IMG/VR virus record: IMGVR_UViG_3300037067_012088
Location: 127,388 to 191,387 of that record
From: a virus
Taxonomy: Duplodnaviria; Caudoviricetes
DNA length: 64,000 nucleotides
Reading direction: 5' to 3' (one strand)
The notes below the pieces were generated by a model. The model ran no database searches and was not told where the DNA came from. It worked only from the letters and a program-made list of their open reading frames with translations. This document shows, piece after piece, positions 41,119-47,800 of this stretch. The position numbers were made by a program, and so were the translations under genes. The first letter of the stretch is position 1. Each line of letters begins with the position of its first letter.

Positions 41119-41193
41119 TGGCGGTGCTACGGAGTATCGCGCTCCGATCACGAGATCGACAATCTCGCGCTCTCCTACTTGAGCTATAGCACC
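41119..41193 (-). tRNA. tRNA-Asp(GUC)
   Basis: CGAGA-UU GUC GA-UCUCG; CCA. Confidence 0.85.
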
Positions 41194-41199
41194 AAAGTG

Positions 41200-41281
41200 T
41201 CCGAGCGACACGACTTGCACGTGCAGAGGTTGCCCACTGAGTCCCAAACTCAGCCCGCTCCTATTTACGGTATACGCTCGG
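41200..41281 (-). tRNA. tRNA-Pro(UGG) with enlarged variable arm
   Basis: CUGAG-UU UGG GA-CUCAG; C1-G72, A73. Confidence 0.75.
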
Positions 41282-41299
41282 ATAGCGCTAACTAAACTG

Positions 41300-41370
41300 A
41301 TGCAGAGGTGGGATTTGCACGCCACTAACGGCGACGGGTATGAGCCGCGCTTGGTTCTAACCTCCCTGCG
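41300..41370 (-). tRNA. initiator-type tRNA-Met(CAU) with minimal D-arm
   Basis: C1:A72 mismatch; GCGG-CU CAU AC-CCGU. Confidence 0.7.
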
Positions 41371-41375
41371 TAAAA

Positions 41376-41454
41376 TGGCCCTGACTCCCGTGGCTTGCAC
41401 CGGGCACCTCCGAGTCTTCAGCTCGGCGCTCTACATCTAATGAGCTAAGTCAGG
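41376..41454 (-). tRNA. tRNA-Phe(GAA)
   Basis: CCGAG-CU GAA GA-CUCGG; CCA. Confidence 0.8.
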
Positions 41455-41455
41455 A

Positions 41456-41596
41456 TGAAGAGGCCTTTCACCTCATGGGTCGCTTTGGGCGACTCTGCCT
41501 CTCTGGGATGGTGACTCCGTGTCAGTCATTCATCTTGGGAGGACCTTGCTTGAGATATCCCACTCGTTTGACACGACGGTCAGGAGATATCTTAAA
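41456..41596 (-). ncRNA. unassigned structured RNA between tRNA-Trp and tRNA-Phe
   Basis: Several nested hairpins in a 141-nt spacer; most other spacers are under 10 nt. Confidence 0.45.
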
Positions 41597-41671
41597 TGGC
41601 CCCGGGTGCTGGGAGCGCGCCAGCCCGACAACTTTTGGAGAGTCGTCCGAACACTAGATCGTCTACCCGGG
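41597..41671 (-). tRNA. tRNA-Trp(CCA)
   Basis: CGACU-CU CCA AA-AGUUG; G73; CCA. Confidence 0.8.
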
Positions 41672-41676
41672 AAAAT

Positions 41677-41747
41677 TCCTCCTATCTGGTGCTGCCCCAG
41701 AGTCTCACGCCTATCAAGCGCGCTATCTACTGTTGATATATAGGAGG
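41677..41747 (-). tRNA. tRNA-Ile(GAU)
   Basis: CGCGC-UU GAU AG-GCGUG; acceptor CCUCCUA/UAGGAGG. Confidence 0.8.
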
Positions 41748-41753
41748 GTAAAA

Positions 41754-41842
41754 TGGGGGAGCCCGCTGGAATCGCGCCAGTTGCTAGCTTCTCGTCTTTG
41801 GGTTAGCGGTGAGGTTACAACTCACTGACGAGGACGGTCTCC
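41754..41842 (-). tRNA. non-canonical tRNA-Tyr(GUA) with no D-arm before the anticodon arm
   Basis: GUGAG-UU GUA AC-CUCAC enclosed by a CUCGUC/GACGAG helix; T-arm; CCA. Confidence 0.65.
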
Positions 41843-41844
41843 AT

Positions 41845-41918
41845 TGCACCATGAGAGACGTGCGCTCTCCCCTCCGAGGTGGAAGCTCGGCATGCTCGCT
41901 ATTGGACACTAATGGTGC
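41845..41918 (-). tRNA. tRNA-Gly(UCC)
   Basis: CCGAG-CU UCC AC-CUCGG. Confidence 0.8.
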
Positions 41919-41924
41919 GAAAAT

Positions 41925-41996
41925 TGGAGGATGCCGTAATCGAAACGGCGACTGTCGGGTGCAGGCCGACCGTGTTACCACTAGCACCAATCCCCC
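41925..41996 (-). tRNA. tRNA-Ala(UGC)
   Basis: G3:U70; GUCGG-CC UGC AC-CCGAC. Confidence 0.85.
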
Positions 41997-42003
41997 TGAA
42001 AAA

Positions 42004-42079
42004 TGGACACGCGTGTGGAACTCGAATCCACGACCTAGTGCTTTGCAGACACCGCTCTTAGCCGCTTGAGTAACGCGTG
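42004..42079 (-). tRNA. tRNA-Cys(GCA)
   Basis: GGUGU-CU GCA AA-GCACU; U73; CCA. Confidence 0.9.
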
Positions 42080-42088
42080 AGGTGAAAA

Positions 42089-42164
42089 TGGTGGTCCCAG
42101 CGGAAGTCGAATCCGCAACTCGCGACTTAAAAGGACGCTACTCTACCAATTGAGTTATGAGACC
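42089..42164 (-). tRNA. tRNA-Lys(UUU)
   Basis: Canonical D and T arms; CU UUU AA loop; CCA. Confidence 0.9.
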
Positions 42165-42171
42165 GTAAAAT

Positions 42172-42243
42172 CGCCCGCACGGAGAATCGAACTCCGGTTT
42201 CAACCTTGAAAGGGTTTTGTCACTACCACTAGACGATGCGGGC
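42172..42243 (-). tRNA. tRNA-Glu(UUC)
   Basis: AACC-CU UUC AA-GGUU; canonical T-loop. Confidence 0.9.
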
Positions 42244-42250
42244 ACAAATA

Positions 42251-42386
42251 TGCGGGAGGTTGGTTCGGGTTCTCGTGGCCTACGATTCCCGGCTCACGGT
42301 GGTTCCTCCCCCACCGACCGGGTTTACGTTATCCCGGTAACGTCCAGCCTCACTGGATAGAATGGCGGCCCGTTGACTTACCCGCG
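42251..42386 (-). ncRNA. multi-hairpin structured RNA, unassigned
   Basis: Closing GCGGG/CCCGC; internal stems UCCAG/CUGGA, CGUUA/UAACG, CGGUGG/CCACCG. Confidence 0.45.
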
Positions 42387-42495
42387 CTTTGGAGGCTTGG
42401 GTCCCCTCTGGTTGGAAACCCCACACGGGCCAAGGTGGGTTAGGGCGGAGGGTATTGTATTTGACATGGTGCCGGACTGATCCGGTCCAAATGAA

Positions 42496-42615
42496 TTGCG
42501 GGTCAGGCTTGATTCTGACTATGGCATACTGCGGAGTCGAACCGACAGAGGCATTCCCGGCTGCCACGCCACCTCTCTGCTTTCAGTATCGCGTGTCCAA
42601 TCCACGCCGCCGCAA
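42496..42615 (-). ncRNA. tRNA-elbow-like ncRNA, copy B
   Basis: 5' GCGGCGUGGAUUGGACACG ... 3' AGUCAGAAUCAAGCCUGACC, shared with 43497-43653. Confidence 0.65.
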
Positions 42616-42829
42616 ATTGAATCACTCGGTGGCTCGGGGAACACCACTACTTGGCCTAGGGGCCGTGCTTTTTGCACCCGATAGCCCTAATCACAATGTC
42701 AGGGCCTACATAAGCTACGAGCAGAGTGAATCCCTCAAGACAGTTGCCATCGCTGGCCTCGCAGTGCATCCCGAGTCGCCTCGGGGGCGTCCAGATTGGT
42801 TACTGGATATCCTGTTCCATATTGGGAAT

Positions 42830-42947
42830 TGGTCGCTCTCAAGGATTTTCACCTCATCTCGGCTTTATCGGTGCCTCGCTTTCGGGTCCTCGTGAACCGG
42901 GCCGTTCATGACACGAGTCACTACTTGGCTCCTTAAGCTATCGAGCG
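42830..42947 (-). ncRNA. CCA-ended tRNA-like RNA with a large insert replacing the anticodon arm
   Basis: CGCUC/GAGCG + ACCA; UAGCUUAAGGAGC D-like arm; GAGG-UGAAAAU-CCUU T-like arm. Confidence 0.5.
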
Positions 42948-42953
42948 GTAAAT

Positions 42954-43049
42954 TGGTCCGGGCGGAGACTTTAGATCCCTCTCTCGGCTACACCCACACA
43001 CGGTTCCTCTAGAGTCTTGTGTGTGGTATCTGGCCTGCTTCTTGCCCGA
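42954..43049 (-). ncRNA. CCA-ended tRNA-like RNA with a long central helix
   Basis: UCGGGC/GCCCGG + ACCA; CCACACAC/GUGUGUGG stem. Confidence 0.45.
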
Positions 43050-43302
43050 CAAAAGTGTCCGAGGCGCACGCCCTCGGGCGCCCGCGTTTACGGGGTTGAC
43101 CGAAATGAATCACCGTCGTCCGAACTACGACATATCGGACTCTTGTATCCCATTTGTAACTGTCAGCGCTGGGAGGTTGTGGCATGTCCGCTGCCCCTTA
43201 CTTGAACACCCCGAGCTTGCGACCCCGGGTGGTCTTTCGACCCATCGCTAAACGAGTCAATTTGTGGGACGGACTAACGGTAAAGTGAAAGAACTGATAC
43301 CC

Positions 43303-43331
43303 ATCTTGCTCGACTTGGGTTCCAACGTCAA
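43303..43331 (-). promoter_or_regulatory. class I promoter TTGACG-N8-CAAG-N5-CAAGAT, followed by boxA-like GTTCTTT
   Basis: Recurrent motif; internal promoter of the RNA operon. Confidence 0.7.
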
Positions 43332-43496
43332 GCGAAATCTGTGCCCACCCGGGAGCGTCCGATTCTTTGGACAACTCAACCGGGTGGGTCTTAACGAACT
43401 AACTACCTCATCTTAGCGTCCGCGCGGGCTTGAGCCCGACTTGCATATCATCTACTAGCCTCTACCCTAGCATCCCGGCATGTGGTCCGGGAAAGT

Positions 43497-43653
43497 GATG
43501 GGGAAGACCGGATTTGATTCCGACTCTGTGCTTCCTGACGGGCTCGACCCGCATGGCCCAACGTGATGCTGCTAACTCACGCCGCTATGCACAAACGCGG
43601 TTGGGTTGTTGCGCCTGCCCCGAAACGTGTCCTTCCACGCCGCTTCCTCCATC
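43497..43653 (-). ncRNA. tRNA-elbow-like ncRNA, copy A
   Basis: 5' GCGGCGUGGAAGGACACG ... 3' AGUCGGAAUCAAAUCCGGUC; closing GAUGG-AGGAAG/CUUCC-CCAUC. Confidence 0.65.
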
Positions 43654-43860
43654 AAGGTCATAAAGTGATTAAGCTGGCCGCGAGCGTTAGCTCATCGGTT
43701 ACGCCGTTTAGGGCCGCCAGCTTTGGTGAGGGATACTCACCGTATTTCCTCTCAAACCGTCGATGTCTCCACCAACGTAAAGTCGCACCGAGTTAGCGGG
43801 GCCGTGCTCGCCCTGTTCCTGCCTACTTGATATGCCGCCGGGGTCATTGGCGGTTTTCGT

Positions 43861-43874
43861 TATGTCAAAGATCG
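43861..43874 (-). promoter_or_regulatory. boxA-like antitermination element CGATCTTTGACATA
   Basis: Resembles boxA of stable-RNA operon leaders; sits at the head of the ncRNA cluster. Confidence 0.45.
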
Positions 43875-43981
43875 TCTCCGAAATCGGGGGTTCGGCATTT
43901 AAGCCTACTGACCTCTGGAGAAAGTGTAATCATTCTGCTGTATGTCCTCGAAACCACCTTAGAAACGGTGTATTCTAAGAC

Positions 43982-44506
43982 ATGGAATGTCGTATTTGTC
44001 ACGAAGAAAAAGAACTCACTGAATTCAAGAAAAAGTCGGGAGGATATGACACGATATGCAAGGTTTGCTATGCTCCCTTGAACAGGGAATACAATCGTCA
44101 ATACCACAAAACGTTCAAGGGGTGGATAAGAGTTTCTTGGTCGAGAATGAACATCCGTGCTGGAAATCGGGGTAATAAATATCCAACCTATACTCATGTA
44201 AAGGTCTTAATGACCAGAGAAGAATTTGTAGCGTGGGCTCAACCCCAAGAGCCAATATGGCGCGGTATTAAAGAATCTAATGATTCCCCAACCATCGACA
44301 GAATAGACCCTGATGGACACTATGAAATATCGAACATTCAGATCCTAAGCCTACGAGAAAATTCCTCCAGAAACACCGGAAGACATCTGCGAACTCCTGA
44401 GGCTCTGGTTAGACACATAGTGGCTATGGCCAAAAAACTAAACATTTCACTATCTACCGTAGCAGAATTGATTATCAAAGAACAAGTGGATTGCTCCACA
44501 AAATGA
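43982..44506 (+). mobile_element. free-standing HNH homing endonuclease gene
   Basis: CRIC..K....F...CKVC zinc finger; PTIDRIDPDGHYEISNIQ....EN..N; AT-rich and on the opposite strand. Confidence 0.8.
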
Positions 44507-44540
44507 TAAGGCCGACCTCGTTTTTGGGAGAGCCGGCCTA
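44500..44540 (-). terminator. attenuator/terminator hairpin
   Basis: AGGCCGGCUCUC...GAGGUCGGCCU followed by UAUCAUUUU; may also terminate the convergent HNH gene. Confidence 0.6.
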
Positions 44541-44565
44541 AGGTTAACTAACTGACTTAAATCCC

Positions 44566-44694
44566 TTAGATGGGCTCTCCTGTTTGGGTTTCGGGATTAC
44601 GTCCAAACCACATGGACACGCAATACCGTAAACCCGCGACTTGCGCTTTGGCGCTTGTCAGGATATCTGATATTGGATGAATGGATCTGGACAT
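44566..44694 (-). CDS. putative 42-aa attenuator leader peptide
   Basis: MSRSIHPISDILTSAKAQVAGLRYCVSMWFGRNPETQTGEPI; GGAGAGCC in its last codons is complementary to the terminator 5' arm. Confidence 0.55.
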   Translation of the reverse strand: MSRSIHPISDILTSAKAQVAGLRYCVSMWFGRNPETQTGEPI

Positions 44695-44712
44695 GGAAGA
44701 GAGGGAAGGGGG

Positions 44713-44838
44713 TTAGAGAACTAGGCCTAGGATTAGGCCACCTAATCCCGCAGCAACAACCCAAACGGCGCTAACTTGCTTGGCCTTGAGGGTGGCATAG
44801 ACGGCGGAAATGGAGGCTTTGATGGATGAGGTGGACAT
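44713..44838 (-). CDS. 41-aa single-TM peptide
   Basis: MSTSSIKASISAVYATLKAKQVSAVWVVAAGLGGLILGLVL, read by hand. Confidence 0.5.
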   Translation of the reverse strand: MSTSSIKASISAVYATLKAKQVSAVWVVAAGLGGLILGLVL

Positions 44839-44859
44839 GATGGAAAGGTGGTTCAAGAG

Positions 44860-44886
44860 ACGATACACCGGAAACGAGGGCGTTTA
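44860..44886 (-). promoter_or_regulatory. class II promoter-like motif TAAACG-N5-GTTT-N-CGGTGTAT
   Basis: Near-identical to the dps upstream motif. Confidence 0.55.
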
Positions 44887-44896
44887 CCAATGAATC

Positions 44897-47800
44897 TTAC
44901 TCTACCCCTATCATACCCGACTTGGATTCAATGTCAACTGCTTTCTTGAGGTATCTCACATTATTCTTCTCCCACATCCTTAGATACCTCTCTTTATCCT
45001 CTCTCCCCATTCCCGTATACGCCATCATGGCATCCACGAAGCCGTTCTCCCGTATCGAATTGCGTATCTTGAACAGTGCTCTCAGGTAAACCCGACTACA
45101 CCGTGAGTCGCGCCCATGAAAAGGACCCCAGTAAGAGGTTACGATGGTGTGACGGAGCGGCAAAAACCACCCCATGCCCATGGACCAGTATTCGGCCATC
45201 TCTTGCCAAAGGGATTGAATCGTTATCTCGTATCCCCACTTCGCGCCGAAAAGGGGCTCGGCCAGCACCGACTCCGCCTCACTCAACTTGGCCTTCCCAT
45301 AGGTCTCGCTTTTCTTGAAGGCTTTCCATGCGGCGTCAGTCAACACGTAGTTGGGCCAGCGGGCATCGCGGTCGATGAACTGGTCGAAATGGGCTCGAAG
45401 CTGGTCGTTCTTCTTCACCCCTTCCTCCACTTCGTCCGCCACAATATCAGGAACACTACCGCGAGCAGAATCACGCCATAACTGGCGGGTTCGGGGACTT
45501 TTGGCCCATGCCCCTTGGACTCGTAAGACTGGAAGGCGTCGGTTTGGGCTAAAGTCACAGCGGGTTCTCCCCCAAGAACTCGCTCAACTCCTCCAGCGTG
45601 AACGAATCAACCCAAGTGGCGCCGGTATTGGTCAGATAGATGGCCTCTACGTTCCGGCTATCAAATCTCAGGGCGAGGATCGCGTTTCCGCGACAGAACC
45701 GCTTCTCAAACGCCTCGCTCCGCGCCCAGATGGCATCCTCTACCTTGCGCAGGTCAACGGATAGGGTGGCGAGAGCTTGGTTCACATAACCTCCACGCGT
45801 TTAACCCATTTGGTTCCGTTGAACTGATAGGGTGATCCTCTGAACGTGAGAGCGGCCATCAAGGCGTTCGTTATCTCCGCTTCTGTCACCGAACTGAGAG
45901 ACCACCATTTTCTCTTAGTAACCTCCTTCACTTCTCCGAACGCCCCATGTCGCGCCCAAATGGTCAAGACATACTCGCCAAGAGAATCACTGGTCGCAGA
46001 CTTGGGAGAAACGATACCGAATCCCCACCGAATGGCTCGTTCGGGGCCGGCTCCCTGACGCCCGGTATAGTATGCGTGGGGCTTCTCGGGGAGATAGCGG
46101 TCCATGATACTCTTGATTAGGGATAGCGTCTGCTCGATGGTAATAGGCTGAGGAGCCTTTACTTGGTTGGGGGATCTCATGTCGGACAAGGCTAAGGGGC
46201 TTTGGCAAGATAGTCAACCACAGACTGCATGATACGCCGATAAAGGGTCTGCCCCTTCTCGCGGATCGCCGGATTGCGGCTAAAGGAAGCTTTGAGCACC
46301 AGAACGTGGTCGCGCGATTTGGTGACGTGCGGCTGAGCTAACATGCGATCACACTCGGATTCGAGGACCTCGTCGGTGAGGGTATCAGGTAATGGCTCCA
46401 CGGGTCTTCCTTAGGGACTTGAATAGCACTCGGGCATATCGCTTGAGTAACACCTCGGCGCGCGGCAAATCGCACCACGACCAACCGGGATAGGATTCGT
46501 CACCTCGTTCGCTGGGATACTTCTTCTTGATTCGCGCCCTAGCCTCGCCAACACACGCGGCTCGCTTACTGAGGTAGTGTCGGCGTGCCGTGGGCGCATA
46601 CCAGACCAGATGAGTGCGGGGCTCGATGTGACTCATGAAATCTGCCCTCGATATAGATGGAGATTGGTCTCCTTAAGATAGGCGTCTCGCTCGGTGTCGG
46701 ACAACCCCATGAGCCACCCCAACCACTCGTGAACCTGTCTCTTCAGCTCGGCGTCAATGGGGCCGAAATCGATGCCGCCATATTCGTTGTGCGGGGCTAA
46801 GAAGGGAGCCGTCCAGCTGGTCTGCCAGATCGTGCGGTTCTGATAGTAGGCGCGTAACATGCCGATATAGGCATTGGACAGTCCGATATCATGTTTCTTG
46901 AGAAAGGTCCATTGCGCAGGCGTAACCTCGTGGGTCTCGATAATCATCTCCTCCATTGTAGGCCACTTCATGGTTCGTTCTCCCACTCATACTCCCACAT
47001 CTCCTCACGTCCATCGTCCTGAATGTCGTCACATATCCCGCCCGCTAACACGCCATCGCATGGTCGGCATCCTGCGCAGTGGCAGAAGGCCAGCATGCTC
47101 TCCACGAAAGCCTCATATTGGATGGACTCGGAGGGGTCTAGCGGTTCAGGGTCTGGGTTCACGGTGGATTCGCTCATCAATGATGTGGATTAAGGTGTCG
47201 GCGTCGATATACTTCTCGTCTTCGGGTTTGAGGTCAGAAAGGGGTCCGGCATCGCTCCACTTCATGTCGTGGAACTGCTTGGTCAACCAATTGAGTCGCG
47301 TCTCCATCTCCTCCGCCCGCTCGCGCCACGAAATGCTCACATTCCCGTTGTCGCTCTTCTCGGTCTGATACCAGATGTCGGACTCCTTGTCGCGGTTCTC
47401 GGCAAAGAGGCGGAGATGGTCGGCCAGCAGCCACTTGATATCCTCGATGGCCTGCGTAACACCACCGTTGATGGCGTAACCATCGCACCACGTCTTGAGT
47501 CGCTCAGTCACCTGCATCGTCTTCATGAACTCATGGTCGTCGGCGCGCTTGAGGGGCTGCGGCAGGTTGTGGTAGGGGTTGTCGCGGATGTGAGCGACGA
47601 TCTCAGAGAGGCTCATGGTAGATTCAACGGATGAGGTTTATTGTCGCGTTCATGGCGCGGCAGAATGGGAACCCACGTCTTAGCAGCCTTGTCCCACGCC
47701 AGATTGATGATAGTAGGCATGGCATCGAGATCGCGCAGATTCAGGAGGCGACGTTCCTCCACGGGATAGGATAATCCACCATAGGCCTTCATCCACGCAT

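Noticed and set aside
41500-41702. Resemblance to RNase P RNA (AGAUGAAUGACUG, CCCGGGUAG, GCAGCACCAGAUAGGAGG)
   Set aside because: Two of the three motifs are the acceptor and T-arms of tRNA-Trp and tRNA-Ile, and the P4 signatures (GAGGAAAGUCC, ACAGAA.CCGGC) are absent
38473-43860. ORF-track ORFs overlapping tRNAs and ncRNAs, including the N-terminal extensions of 37840-38634 and 40243-40971
   Set aside because: They overlap clear tRNA cloverleaves and lack protein motifs
41456-43860. tmRNA, hammerhead, HDV/theta ribozyme, SAM-I or c-di-GMP riboswitch assignments
   Set aside because: Only partial motif similarity; I could not place the required conserved cores by eye, so an Infernal search is needed
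44566-44604. GRNPETQTGEPI resembles the HU/IHF arm motif GRNP.TGE.I
   Set aside because: The rest of the HU fold is missing; the sequence is better explained by antiterminator constraints
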